Positions 1-10,268 are shown, numbered from the stretch's first letter. The stretch: DNA of 64,000 bases from an uncultured Bacteroidales bacterium (GCA_964649975.1 CAZYSM010000009.1:478-64477); one strand, 5' to 3'. The notes: generated by a model not told the origin, from the sequence alone. Made by a program: numbers and translations.

Positions 1-499
1 TCCATGTCAGGCTGGAAGCACGGATGAGGTTTTCGGCAATAATCTTGGTCTTTCCGTATTCATCACCTTCTGATGGTTTAAGCGGATCCGTGGTGCTAAT
101 CCAGGGATTTTTCAGGCGGTCGCCATAGACAGCTACCGACGAAGCATAGATTATGTGAGCCTGTGGCGAAAGCATTTCCAGTAAATCTATAAGATTTTTT
201 GTGCCAATGACATTTACTTTATATGCCAGTGGGGGATAATCTTCTGCCATAGGCGGAATTATTGCAGCCAGGTGGATAACAACGTCCTGGTTCATACATG
301 CGGGAATAAGGGCGTTTTTTTCCGAGATGTCTCCCCATACAATACGGGCTTTGTCCCTGTAAGGTTTTAGCCTTTTTTTGGCACGAGGCGTGTTGAGGTC
401 AAACAGTGTGAGTTCAACGTCTTTGTTGTCAATGAGGTTGTTTATTGTATTAATTCCTACAGTACCGGATGCACCTGTGATGAGAATGCGTTTTTTCAT
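1..499 (-). CDS. NAD-dependent epimerase/dehydratase (extended SDR), runs off window start
   Basis: Manual translation from ATG at 499: MKKRILITGASGTVG (GxxGxxG), VIHLAAII, YASSVAVYG and YGKTK (YxxxK). Absent from the ORF track because it is truncated by the window edge. Confidence 0.9.
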   Translation of the reverse strand, partial: MKKRILITGASGTVGINTINNLIDNKDVELTLFDLNTPRAKKRLKPYRDKARIVWGDISEKNALIPACMNQDVVIHLAAIIPPMAEDYPPLAYKVNVIGTKNLIDLLEMLSPQAHIIYASSVAVYGDRLKNPWISTTDPLKPSEGDEYGKTKIIAENLIRASSLTW

Positions 500-790
500 T
501 TTTTGTTTTTTCTTTAAAAATAGAAAATTTGATTTTTTTAGTCTAATATTTTACAATGTTTAAGTCTTTGCGTGAAATTGGTCTAAAAAGTAGATATTCC
601 TTTTATTGTCAGTGATATGCGGTTAATATTTTTTTGTGTTCCATGTTTTAATTTTTAGAATTTTAATGTCTTAAAGTCTAAAATAAATTATCCCTGTATT
701 AACAAGCTTTAAATGAGTTGCTTTAAAGAAAAATTTTTTGTTTCTTTGCGTGCACTGAATTTCGGACTAAAAACTCTTAAATAAAAAAAT

Positions 791-1837
791 ATGGCACAGT
801 TTGGAACATTGAATTTCGGTTCTCTGGATGCATCAGCACAGAAAAAGGAACTGGATTTGAACAATCCCCAAGAACATCATCGCTTGGTTATCATAGGATC
901 TGGTCCTGCAGGATATACAGCAGGCATTTACGCTGGGCGTGCTAATCTCAATCCGGTGTTATACACTGGTATGGAGATGGGCGGTCAGCTGACTACAACT
1001 ACCGAAGTTGAGAACTATCCTGGCTATCCTGATGGTGTGCAGGGGCCTGCTATGATGGAGGATTTTAAACGTCAGGCCGAAAAATTCGGAACTGATGTGC
1101 GTTTTGGAGAGGTCACAAGGGTTGATTTCTCTCGTCGTCCTTTTATACTTGTTATTGACGAGGAAAAGGTTATCTCGGCCGATGCAGTGATCATTGCAAC
1201 CGGTGCTTCTGCCAAATATCTTGGTCTGGAAAATGAACAACGTTTGCGTGGTGCCGGTGTTTCGGCTTGTGCCACTTGTGACGGATTCTTCTATAAGGAT
1301 AAAGTTGTAGCCGTTGTCGGTGGTGGGGATACTGCCTGCGAAGAGGCTCTTTATCTGGCAGGCCTGGCCAAAAAAGTTTATATGCTTGTGCGTAAGCCTT
1401 ATATGCGCGCTTCTAAGATTATGCAGAAACGCGTTCTGGACCATCCGAAGATTGAAGTTCTTTTTGAACACGAGACCGTTGATGTCCTGGGTAAGGACAA
1501 GGTGGAGGGTGTCCGCGTAGTATTCCGCCGCGGTAAGGAAGATGAGAAAGTTTACGATATACCGATTGATGGCTTCTTCCTGGCTATTGGACATCATCCT
1601 AATTCTGATATTTTCCAGGAGTGGATTGAAACAGACGAGCATGGTTTCATAAAAACCGAGTGCAAATCTACACGTACTAATGTTCCGGGTGTGTTTGCTG
1701 CCGGAGATGTGCAGGATCCAATTTATCGTCAGGCTGTTACAGCCGCTGCTTCTGGCGCTATGGCTGCCAAGGATGCAGAGCGTTATCTCCAGGAGCTGGA
1801 GGAAATGCAACGTGAGCAGGAAAAAGTTGAGAAATAA
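791..1837 (+). CDS. trxB: Thioredoxin-disulfide reductase
   Basis: IIGSGPAGYTA FAD motif, CATCDG redox motif, VVGGGDTA NADPH motif, GVFAAGDV. Confidence 0.97.
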   Translation: MAQFGTLNFGSLDASAQKKELDLNNPQEHHRLVIIGSGPAGYTAGIYAGRANLNPVLYTGMEMGGQLTTTTEVENYPGYPDGVQGPAMMEDFKRQAEKFGTDVRFGEVTRVDFSRRPFILVIDEEKVISADAVIIATGASAKYLGLENEQRLRGAGVSACATCDGFFYKDKVVAVVGGGDTACEEALYLAGLAKKVYMLVRKPYMRASKIMQKRVLDHPKIEVLFEHETVDVLGKDKVEGVRVVFRRGKEDEKVYDIPIDGFFLAIGHHPNSDIFQEWIETDEHGFIKTECKSTRTNVPGVFAAGDVQDPIYRQAVTAAASGAMAAKDAERYLQELEEMQREQEKVEK

Positions 1838-1838
1838 T

Positions 1839-1871
1839 AAAAAAGGCAGCCGCTTGCGGCTGCCTTTTTTT
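1839..1871. terminator. Bidirectional intrinsic terminator
   Basis: A-run, GGCAGCCGC/GCGGCTGCC stem, T-run, between convergent genes. Confidence 0.85.
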
Positions 1872-1872
1872 A

Positions 1873-2199
1873 TCAATCAATGGAGTCCCGCATATCTTCC
1901 AGCATTTTTTTTATCTTGTTCAGTTTGTCAATGACCGCCATTTTGGGGTCAAGTTCTTTTTTGTGGTGTTTCATATATTGCTTGGCGCCCTCAAGCGTGA
2001 AACCCAGTTCCTGGACAAGATGTTTTATCTGCTTGAGGTTTTCAATGTCCTTTTCGGAAAACATCCTATCGCCGCGACGGCTGCGTTTGGGACGAACAAA
2101 CTGCTTAAATTCCTTTTCCCAATAACGTATTTTAGACTGTGGTATTTCCAGCATTTTTTCAACCTCACTGATGGAGTAATAAGCTTTTTTTACAACCAT
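1873..2199 (-). CDS. MerR-family HTH transcriptional regulator
   Basis: YYSISEV...IRYWEKEF...PKRSRRGDRMFS...GFTLEGAK, typical of short Bacteroidota MerR proteins. Confidence 0.9.
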   Translation of the reverse strand: MVVKKAYYSISEVEKMLEIPQSKIRYWEKEFKQFVRPKRSRRGDRMFSEKDIENLKQIKHLVQELGFTLEGAKQYMKHHKKELDPKMAVIDKLNKIKKMLEDMRDSID

Positions 2200-2201
2200 G
2201 G

Positions 2202-3122
2202 CTAAAACATTTTTTGGCGTTTAAATAAGTAAGCCATTAAGACTTCGGAAAAATCCCGGTTTATATCCGCTAACACAAAATCTGTCCCTATCTGAGCTGT
2301 CTGATACTTTATTTTCCGGAAATATTCTTCTGCGCTATTTTTGTATTCCTCCCGTATTTGTTTGGGATGTATCCGCAGCTTTTCACCGGTTTCCATATCT
2401 ACAAATTTATAAGGTCTGTTTTCAAAATCAAAATTTATTTCAAGATTAGTATCCAGAACATTGAATATTATTACTTCGTGCTTGTTATATCTGAGATGCT
2501 GCAATGCATTGATTAATAATTCAATATCTGTGTTCACGAGCAAATCAGAAAAAATTATCACCAGAGATCGTTTGGGTATTCGTTCGGCTATTTGATGAAG
2601 CGTATCTATGAGGTTGGTTTGTTTATCCTGGTATTGATGCTGGTTTTCAAGCAGGTTTTGCAGTTGTGTCAGCAGGAAATTAAAATGAGCTTCGTTAAGT
2701 TTGGCCGGGGCGAAAAAATCTATTTTGTCCGAAAATAAAATCAGTCCATTGGCATCACGTTGTTTGCGGAATAAATACATCAGAGCAGCACTGATGTAAA
2801 CGGCAAATTCCAGCTTATCAGCTTTTCCGCTTTTCATCGGGAAAAGCATGGATGACGAGGTGTCCAGCACAATGAAGTTACGCAGGTTAGTTTCCTGCTC
2901 AAACTTTTTTACAAATAATTTTTCGGTTCTGGCGTATAATTTCCAGTCAATAAAGCGGATAGATTCTCCAATATTATAAGGACGATGTTCAGAAAACTCC
3001 ACAGAAAAACCATGGTAAGGACTTTTATGCAATCCAGTAATAAAACCTTCAACAACAGCCCTGGCAATAAAATCCAGGGCCAGGATTGATTTGAGGTCTT
3101 GTATCTCTTTGAGATTTTTCAT
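2202..3122 (-). CDS. DUF58 (MoxR-associated, VWA-like) protein
   Basis: GLHKSPYHGFSVEFSEHRPY, IDWKLYAR, LDTSSSM, IFSDL. Confidence 0.92.
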   Translation of the reverse strand: MKNLKEIQDLKSILALDFIARAVVEGFITGLHKSPYHGFSVEFSEHRPYNIGESIRFIDWKLYARTEKLFVKKFEQETNLRNFIVLDTSSSMLFPMKSGKADKLEFAVYISAALMYLFRKQRDANGLILFSDKIDFFAPAKLNEAHFNFLLTQLQNLLENQHQYQDKQTNLIDTLHQIAERIPKRSLVIIFSDLLVNTDIELLINALQHLRYNKHEVIIFNVLDTNLEINFDFENRPYKFVDMETGEKLRIHPKQIREEYKNSAEEYFRKIKYQTAQIGTDFVLADINRDFSEVLMAYLFKRQKMF

Positions 3123-3445
3123 TGCAGATACTTGTCAATAGCCTCTTTAACAACGCGCTTCGGAACGGCTCCTACTATCTTATCTACCAACTCATCGCCC
3201 TTGAGGAACAGAATTGTTGGAATATTCAGAACCCCGTACTTTTGCGGAATTTCTGGATTCTCATCCACATTTACTTTACCAATGACGGCTTTCCCCTCGT
3301 ATTCCTCAGCCAGCTCTTTGAAAATAGGGTCCAACAGACGACACGGTCCGCACCATACAGCCCATAAGTCCAGCACAGCTAATTTCCCGCTTTCTACAAC
3401 TTCCTGCTGAAAGTTAGCATCTGTAATCTCCACTGGTTTGCCCAT
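3119..3445 (-). CDS. trxA: Thioredoxin
   Basis: WCGPC active site, IPT cis-Pro motif, 108 aa. Confidence 0.96.
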   Translation of the reverse strand: MGKPVEITDANFQQEVVESGKLAVLDLWAVWCGPCRLLDPIFKELAEEYEGKAVIGKVNVDENPEIPQKYGVLNIPTILFLKGDELVDKIVGAVPKRVVKEAIDKYLQ

Positions 3446-3566
3446 ACAACTTGATTTTGAGTTTGCACAAATTTAAAATTTTATTTCAAGTATTGGAATG
3501 TTTATTTTTATTTTGAAATATCGTAAGGATGTAATTTCTTTGTCCACATAACAAAATTTATGGAAA

Positions 3567-5759
3567 ATGGCGCAATTGATTGCTACTACAGATGTTAAAT
3601 CTGTTAAGTTACTGTGTAAAGAAAAAGGAAGTATCAGAGAGGTATATACCAGAGAGTATGAGCAAATAAAAGAATTGCTCAGTCCCGATGCTTATAAAAT
3701 TTTTGCAGCTCCGGAATTTAAATCCAATCAAAAAATAAGCTGGAATACTGAGTTTGAGGGTAATATTTATCCTATGTCCAAAGCAGAGGAGGTCCTTGAA
3801 AATTTCCTTGAAGTCTTTGAAAATCAGGTCCGAAATGTTTATACTTATGCTTTGCTAAAAGTTGAGGATGATAAAAAAAGAAAGGAAGTAGTCTATCTGC
3901 TGGATAATCTTTTCACTATACAGAGTATTGATGATGTTTATTTGATTGTTTCCCAGGATAATCAAGCTAAATTTTGTTTGATTAACTGGTGTCAGAATGA
4001 AAAGCAGGAGCTTAATCCTGTGGCAGGATTATTTAACCCTAAAACTGTTGATATAGATCTGTTGGTGAAATTTGATAATGAGCCAGTAGCTGATTATGCC
4101 CTGGTAATAAAATATAACAGTGAGGAAAAGGAATTCATTACCGGCCCGGACGGACGGATACTCCTGAAAGATATTGAACTTTTGAGCGAATTTGAGGTAA
4201 TACAAAAGAATGATGAAGGTAAGGTATTGAAAACTCAAAAATATGTTGTTGATAAACAGACTTTTGTCTTTGAGTTGGAAAAAACTGATTATACAAAAGT
4301 TCAAATCAAATTGACAGATAAAAACGGGAAAACCTTGCCAAATACCGAGGTAAACATTATTGTCAATGGTAGTGAACAAAAATATTCTTCGGATTCTAAT
4401 GGAATAATAAATCTTGGGGAAATTAAATTTGGGACGGAAATCGTTGTAGAACAGAAAATTACCGACACCAGGAAAGTTACCCGTAGTTATCGAATTTCCC
4501 GGGATACCAAAATGCCGCTTATCTTTCACGGAGAGAGACTTAGCGGAAAATTTTTCATCGTGAAAGTCCTGGACATTAATAATCAGCCTTTTGAAGGCGC
4601 TGTCCTGGAAATTATAAACGGAGACAAACGTTTTGTGCGGCAAACAAACAAGGATGGTATTGCTGTAATTAATGATATTATCACCACAGAGCCTGTCGTA
4701 ATCCGTCATATTGTGGGAAATTCTGCTATATCCCAGCGCACCGTGGATTATAAGCAGAGCACAGAGGTTATTTTCAAAACGCATATTGAACAGACTCCAA
4801 GAAAGGATATTAAAATAAAACTTTTACAAGGCGAGAAACCCCTTACTAACATTTCCGTTAAGATCATAACGCCCCGTGAGTGGAAACATGTAGTTACTGA
4901 CGAAGATGGCACTGGGGTATATAAAGATGTTGACTGCAGCAAGGAGATTGTTATAGAGTTTAAATACCGCAACAAGGATTACAGATATGAATATGAATGC
5001 CAGGATGAAATAGAAATTAATATTAAGCCTGATCTGAAGAAAAAATTTCAGAAAATTTGGCTGGTAATTGCTGCACTTGTGATAGTAGGAATAGTAGCTA
5101 TATGGTTTGTGAAAAATCCTCCTGCCAAAAGTCAAAGTAAACCTCTGACCAAGGATACTGTTAAAGTTGTTGTTAAAAAGAAAAAAATATTTAAGCCTTA
5201 TACAGCAAAAGTTTTTCTGGTTTACAAACATGACCGCGATCCTGTAAAAGAGGCTACTGTATATTTGCTATCTGATTCTTCCGAGAAGGTACTGAGATAT
5301 GATTCCGGATTTTTCAATGTAAAGGTTGATCAGCATAAACCCCTGGATTTTAGAGTTGTTCTGCCTGATGGCAAGGAGATTAAAGCTTCTCTTATGCCAC
5401 AACGCTATGATACCCTGTTTGTTGCTATGCCTGGTGTAATTGTTGCCCAGGATACCTCATGTGGCACTTATATTTACAAAAAGGATGTTAGGACTTATAT
5501 TCAAACTTTCCGTTTCCCTGCTAAAGTCAGTAGTTTCCGTTTTCGCTTTCGTAAGTTTTATCATTCTGATGAGGTGAAGATTTATTTTGGTGATAGTAAA
5601 AACATTGATCCCAGCAGGTTAATACGTGATATGGTAATATATTCAGATACAGTGTATTACAAGGTAAATTTGCCACAACCGGATTCTTTGATTACCTTTG
5701 AAATAACAGCAGGAGAACCTAATTTTCCTGTGTGGGCTATAACTGTATTGTGTAAATAA
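3567..5759 (+). CDS. Single-pass membrane protein with SrfA-like N-terminus and tandem beta-sandwich (carboxypeptidase-regulatory-like) repeats
   Basis: Repeated P[LVF]...T[DN]xxG modules and one TM (IWLVIAALVIVGIVAIWFV); family call is by eye. Confidence 0.6.
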   Translation: MAQLIATTDVKSVKLLCKEKGSIREVYTREYEQIKELLSPDAYKIFAAPEFKSNQKISWNTEFEGNIYPMSKAEEVLENFLEVFENQVRNVYTYALLKVEDDKKRKEVVYLLDNLFTIQSIDDVYLIVSQDNQAKFCLINWCQNEKQELNPVAGLFNPKTVDIDLLVKFDNEPVADYALVIKYNSEEKEFITGPDGRILLKDIELLSEFEVIQKNDEGKVLKTQKYVVDKQTFVFELEKTDYTKVQIKLTDKNGKTLPNTEVNIIVNGSEQKYSSDSNGIINLGEIKFGTEIVVEQKITDTRKVTRSYRISRDTKMPLIFHGERLSGKFFIVKVLDINNQPFEGAVLEIINGDKRFVRQTNKDGIAVINDIITTEPVVIRHIVGNSAISQRTVDYKQSTEVIFKTHIEQTPRKDIKIKLLQGEKPLTNISVKIITPREWKHVVTDEDGTGVYKDVDCSKEIVIEFKYRNKDYRYEYECQDEIEINIKPDLKKKFQKIWLVIAALVIVGIVAIWFVKNPPAKSQSKPLTKDTVKVVVKKKKIFKPYTAKVFLVYKHDRDPVKEATVYLLSDSSEKVLRYDSGFFNVKVDQHKPLDFRVVLPDGKEIKASLMPQRYDTLFVAMPGVIVAQDTSCGTYIYKKDVRTYIQTFRFPAKVSSFRFRFRKFYHSDEVKIYFGDSKNIDPSRLIRDMVIYSDTVYYKVNLPQPDSLITFEITAGEPNFPVWAITVLCK

Positions 5760-5768
5760 TTTTTGCAG

Positions 5769-6314
5769 ATGAATTACAGACAGGAGTTGAAAAAAATCCA
5801 TGCTTTTGCTTTTGATGTGGATGGCGTTTTCTCCAAGTATATGCTTGTGGAGGAGCACGGAAAATTATTACGTCTGATGAACCCCAAGGATGGGTTGGCT
5901 GTTAAAATTGCTCTGGAAGAAGGTTATAAAGTGGCTATAATAACCGGCGGAAAGGATGAGTCGGTGCGCGAACGTTTTGCCCGTCTGGGTGTGGAAGATA
6001 TATATATGGGCACACGACAGACCAAGCTTTATTTTTTTGAGCGTTTTCTGGAAAAATATTCTCTGGATGCCAGTAATGTTTTATATATGGGCGATGACCT
6101 GCCTGATTATTTTGTTATGAAAGCTGCTGGTTTTTCGGCATGTCCTATTGATGCTGCCCCAGAGATTAAGCAAGTGGCTGATTATATATGCGACCGTCCG
6201 GCTGGAGAGGGATGTGTGCGCGAAGTAGTGGAACAGGTTTTGAAAGTACAGAACAAATGGGAAAATTTTTTCAATCGCTTGATTGAGGAATACGAAAAGA
6301 TGAAAGCCCAATGA
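5769..6314 (+). CDS. kdsC: KDO 8-phosphate phosphatase (HAD, YrbI family)
   Basis: FDVDGV, KDG, IITGG, YMGDDLPD, GEGCVREVVEQVLKVQ; ATG at 5769 preferred over TTG at 5763. Confidence 0.9.
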   Translation: MNYRQELKKIHAFAFDVDGVFSKYMLVEEHGKLLRLMNPKDGLAVKIALEEGYKVAIITGGKDESVRERFARLGVEDIYMGTRQTKLYFFERFLEKYSLDASNVLYMGDDLPDYFVMKAAGFSACPIDAAPEIKQVADYICDRPAGEGCVREVVEQVLKVQNKWENFFNRLIEEYEKMKAQ

Positions 6315-7162
6315 CTTATATTCCTACATACGAGGAGGTTATGCTTTTTGTGGAAACTGTACGGGCAGTTTCGGATTATGATTTCACTAATTATTCCGTT
6401 AAATCTTTTACCAGACGTCTGGAAAAGATTATTTCAGATTATAATTTTACCAATGTAAAAGAACTGATAAAGAAAATAGTAGCCGATAGGGAGTTTTTGG
6501 AAAAAGTTGTTAAAGAGATTACAGTTAATACTACAGAATTTTTCCGTGACCCCGATGTGTGGGTTTATCTGAAACAGCTTATCAGGGAATATTTTTTTGA
6601 TAAAGAAAAGCTTGTTATATGGTCTGCTGGATGTTCCACAGGACAGGAAGTTTATTCTATGCTTTTTTTGCTGGATATGATGGGATTACTTGAAAAAACA
6701 GAGATTTACGGCACAGATATTAACGAGGATGTGATAGAGGTGGCGCGTGCAGGCCAGTATAGAGTTAAGGATGTATTGGAATACAAAGAAAATTTTGATA
6801 TTGTTTTTGACCAGTTTACCCCCAGACCCAGGATTGAGGACTTTTTTGAAGAAGACCCTAAAAAATCTATTTTTCACGTTAAGGAAAAATACCGGCAGAT
6901 ACCTATTTTTACCACTTTGGATTTGGTCAAAAGAGTTAATATCTTTGGTAAAGGTTTTGATATAATTATGTGCCGCAATGTCCTGATATATTTTGAGCCT
7001 CAGCTTCAGAACCAGATATTTGAATTTTTCTATGAGGAGCTTAATGATGACGGTTTTCTGGTATTGGGAAAACACGAAAGTATCCTGGGTGATATGGGTA
7101 TGAAATTCAGAAGAAAAGATACAATTTATATTAAAAAATCTATAAATCATTTTAATTGGTAG
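6311..7162 (+). CDS. cheR: Protein-glutamate O-methyltransferase CheR
   Basis: TVNTTEFFRDP, IWSAGCSTGQEVYS, GTDIN, FDIIMCRNVLIYF, LVLGKHES. Confidence 0.93.
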   Translation: MTYIPTYEEVMLFVETVRAVSDYDFTNYSVKSFTRRLEKIISDYNFTNVKELIKKIVADREFLEKVVKEITVNTTEFFRDPDVWVYLKQLIREYFFDKEKLVIWSAGCSTGQEVYSMLFLLDMMGLLEKTEIYGTDINEDVIEVARAGQYRVKDVLEYKENFDIVFDQFTPRPRIEDFFEEDPKKSIFHVKEKYRQIPIFTTLDLVKRVNIFGKGFDIIMCRNVLIYFEPQLQNQIFEFFYEELNDDGFLVLGKHESILGDMGMKFRRKDTIYIKKSINHFNW

Positions 7163-7221
7163 AGCTTTTAATAATAATGCTTTACCTTTGTCTATCCAAA
7201 AATTTTAATATATTGAGAGAT

Positions 7222-7818
7222 ATGTTGCCAATTTATATCATAGGTCATAAAGTATTACGTCAGGTAGGCCAGGAAATAGATAAAGATTATCCGGGGCTGC
7301 AGGAACTGATTGAAAAAATGTTTGCCACAATGTACGACTCCGATGGAGTGGGTCTGGCTGCTCAGCAGATTGGTAAACCTATTAAACTTTTTGTGATTGA
7401 TGCTACCCCTTATGCAGACGATTTTCCTGAGGCCGAAGGTTTTAAACGTGTTTTTATAAATGCCAAAATAGTGGAATATCTTGGGGAGGATACTGTGCTT
7501 AATGAGGGCTGTTTGAGTATTCCTGGCATAAGGGAAGATGTGGTACGAAAGGATAAAGTGCATATTCAATATTATGATGAGAATTTCCAGTTCCACGATG
7601 AAATCATTGAGGGATTGCCGGCAAGGGTTTTACAGCATGAATATGACCATACTTACGGAATTTTGTTTACCGACCGCCTGGCACAGTTGCGGCGTACAAT
7701 GATTAGAAATCGCCTTAGATCTATAGCACGCGGGAAATTTAAGGCTTCGTACCCGGTTAAATTGGGAGATAAAAGTACTGTGGACAGATATATCAGCCCG
7801 CAAGTACAATTGGCATAA
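7222..7818 (+). CDS. def: Peptide deformylase
   Basis: GVGLAAQQIG, EGCLSIPG, QHEYDH; start placed at MLPIYIIG downstream of TACCTTTG (7183-7190). Confidence 0.96.
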   Translation: MLPIYIIGHKVLRQVGQEIDKDYPGLQELIEKMFATMYDSDGVGLAAQQIGKPIKLFVIDATPYADDFPEAEGFKRVFINAKIVEYLGEDTVLNEGCLSIPGIREDVVRKDKVHIQYYDENFQFHDEIIEGLPARVLQHEYDHTYGILFTDRLAQLRRTMIRNRLRSIARGKFKASYPVKLGDKSTVDRYISPQVQLA

Positions 7819-7829
7819 AAATTTTTCCT

Positions 7830-9608
7830 ATGAAAAAGAAGATTAAGCCTTATGATTTAACCCCTATTTCGGGTAATGCTATCTCTGATGTTACCCTTAA
7901 GTTTTTTGTGAACTTTGCTCGTTTTAAGCGTATTAACGAGCTTTATTCCACACATAAAGAAAAGGCTGCCAACAGTTTTGTCAATGATATTCTTCAGGAG
8001 CTTAATCTTTCCTGCATTGTACAGGAGGATGAACTAAAAAATATCCCTGAGAAAGGGAATTTTATTATTGTTTCTAATTTTCCGCTGGGCGGAGTGGAAG
8101 CTTTTTTGCTATACAAGCTTGTTTCGCAACGCCGTAGGGACGTTAAGCTGGTTATTGCCCGTAAATATCACGAAATTAAGCCAATAAACGAAATTTCCTT
8201 GCCTTTGCCGGATAATAAAGCAAGTTTTTCCACTATCGGTTATCTCAAAAGAATATATAATCATCTTTCGGCAGGTGGAGGCATTATTGTTTTTCCGGCT
8301 ATCAGACCGGCAAAATACAATCCTGCCAAAAATGTTGTTGTTGACCCGCAGTGGGATGTAGATATTATCCGCTTGATTAAGATTAGTAAAGTGCCGGTTA
8401 TTCCAGTATTTATTAATAACCAGAATAGCTTTATTTTCCACGTTTTGGGGATTATTCACCCGATTTTTCAAGCTCTGCGCCTGGAAAGGGAAGTGGGAAA
8501 GAAAGTTGATTCCAAAATCCCTGTGCGTATAGGCAAACCTATTTCACCTGAAGTACTTGAAAAATTTGATGCTCATACAGCCAGCCGTTACCTGCGCTCG
8601 CGGACTTATGCCCTGGGGGCTGGCCTGGAGACCTCTTTGTTTAAATTTTTACCACAGCGCGAAAAGAAAAAGGAAACTGAATTCCTGCCTATTGCTGATC
8701 CTATTGACCCCAAATTGATAAAAAAACAGATAGACAACGCTAAGGAGGAGTACCTGCAATTTTCTGTTAATGATGTAGATGTGCTGGTGGCCCCCACTTA
8801 TGCCATTCCGGATGTGGTGACTGAGCTGGGACGCCTCAGGGAAATAACTTTCCGTCAGATAGATGAGGGTAGCGGGAATTCCTTGGACCTGGACGAGTTT
8901 GACCTCTATTACCACCATCTTATCCTATGGGATAGAAAAAATTCACGTGTGATAGGTGCTTACCGTATGGGTAAAGGTGACGAAATCATTGACCGTTTTG
9001 GTATAGAAGGATTATATACTGCATCTTTGTTCAAGTTTAAAAAGGACTTTGAACCAATGCTCAGACGTAGTCTGGAGCTTGGTCGGGCTTTTATTATTCC
9101 GGAATACCAAAGAAAACCTTTACCTTTGTTCTTGCTGTGGAAAGGTATTTTATACTTCTTGCTGAAAAATCCAGAGTATCAGTACCTCGTAGGCCCTGTT
9201 AGTATAAGCGATAAATTTTCCGAATTATCTAAGACTTTGATTGTCAAGTTTTTCAATAAATATTATTCTAATCCTGATCTGGCTAAACTTGTTAAACCGA
9301 GGATGCCTTATAAATCCAGAATTAAATCTGTGGATATTGATCTGTTGCTGTCCGAGATGGGAAACAATGTTAATAAGCTGGATAATATCATTAAGGAAAT
9401 AGAAAACGGAATGAGATTACCGGTTTTGTTCAAAAAATATATTAGTTTGGGAGCTAAGGTTTTGACTTTCAATGTGGACCCGGATTTTAATTATTGTATT
9501 GATGGTTTTATGATTTTGGATTTGTACGATGTACCTATTGATGTGGTGAAATCAATGGCTAAGGAGTTCAATGAGGACCAGCTCCTTGACAGATTTTTAA
9601 CAGACTAA
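7830..9608 (+). CDS. PlsC-like acyltransferase domain fused to GNAT (Acetyltransf_5/OlsB-like) domain; amino-lipid acyltransferase family
   Basis: C-half ELGRLREITFR, DLDEFDLYYHHLILWD, GAYRMG, ELGRAFI, LLWKGI, FNVDPDF; N-half PlsC-like. Confidence 0.85.
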   Translation: MKKKIKPYDLTPISGNAISDVTLKFFVNFARFKRINELYSTHKEKAANSFVNDILQELNLSCIVQEDELKNIPEKGNFIIVSNFPLGGVEAFLLYKLVSQRRRDVKLVIARKYHEIKPINEISLPLPDNKASFSTIGYLKRIYNHLSAGGGIIVFPAIRPAKYNPAKNVVVDPQWDVDIIRLIKISKVPVIPVFINNQNSFIFHVLGIIHPIFQALRLEREVGKKVDSKIPVRIGKPISPEVLEKFDAHTASRYLRSRTYALGAGLETSLFKFLPQREKKKETEFLPIADPIDPKLIKKQIDNAKEEYLQFSVNDVDVLVAPTYAIPDVVTELGRLREITFRQIDEGSGNSLDLDEFDLYYHHLILWDRKNSRVIGAYRMGKGDEIIDRFGIEGLYTASLFKFKKDFEPMLRRSLELGRAFIIPEYQRKPLPLFLLWKGILYFLLKNPEYQYLVGPVSISDKFSELSKTLIVKFFNKYYSNPDLAKLVKPRMPYKSRIKSVDIDLLLSEMGNNVNKLDNIIKEIENGMRLPVLFKKYISLGAKVLTFNVDPDFNYCIDGFMILDLYDVPIDVVKSMAKEFNEDQLLDRFLTD

Positions 9609-9620
9609 AATTTTTGTTGG

Positions 9621-10253
9621 GTGTTTAATATTATAATACATGGTTTTTTGATAGGACTTTTTGCTTCTATGCCTATTGGTGCCCTGGCTGTGCTTTCTAT
9701 TCAGAAAACTATGAACGGCGGCCTTACCTCCGGGTTTGTTATCGGATTGGCTGCCGCTCTGGTGGATTTATTCTATGCTACTGTGGCAGTCCTTGGATTG
9801 TCTATTATTAAGGATTTTATGCTCGCTCACGAGTTAATACTCGGGATTATAGGAGCCATTTTTCTGATTTTTTCTGGAATAAAAATTTATCGCTCTGATA
9901 CAATTAAACAGTATAGAAGTCGTGGAAAAATATCTCGTGTGAAATTAGCTAATGACTTTGTTACCAGTATTATGATTGCTGCTTCAAATCCTGTTACTAT
10001 TATCGGATTTGGTAGTTTTTTCGCCAGTTTTGGCATTAGCGCTATGCTTAATACCAGGTTTCAGGTCTTTATTTTTCTTGTCTTTATTTTTGTAGGAGCT
10101 GTTTTCTGGTGGTTTTCCCTTTCCTTTATAGTAAACAAATTCCGTAATAAAATCAAACTACGGTTTATGGTCGCTATTAACCATATTACCGGAGCTGTTG
10201 TTTTTTTAATAGGTGTGGGAATTTTCATTTCCTTTATATTTTTCAAAAATTAA
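9621..10253 (+). CDS. LysE-family translocator
   Basis: GFLIGLFASMPIGA, G..AALVDLFYA, ASNPVTI, about six TMs. Confidence 0.88.
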   Translation: MFNIIIHGFLIGLFASMPIGALAVLSIQKTMNGGLTSGFVIGLAAALVDLFYATVAVLGLSIIKDFMLAHELILGIIGAIFLIFSGIKIYRSDTIKQYRSRGKISRVKLANDFVTSIMIAASNPVTIIGFGSFFASFGISAMLNTRFQVFIFLVFIFVGAVFWWFSLSFIVNKFRNKIKLRFMVAINHITGAVVFLIGVGIFISFIFFKN

Positions 10254-10268
10254 AAAATTGATTGTGAT

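Noticed and set aside
959-1876. 305-aa antisense ORF over trxB, and the many similar shadow ORFs across the window
   Set aside because: They are antisense or out-of-frame overlaps of well-supported genes and show no protein motifs.
7156-7221. Extended N-terminus of def from TTG 7156
   Set aside because: The region contains a TACCTTTG promoter box, and deformylase homology starts at MLPIY (7222).
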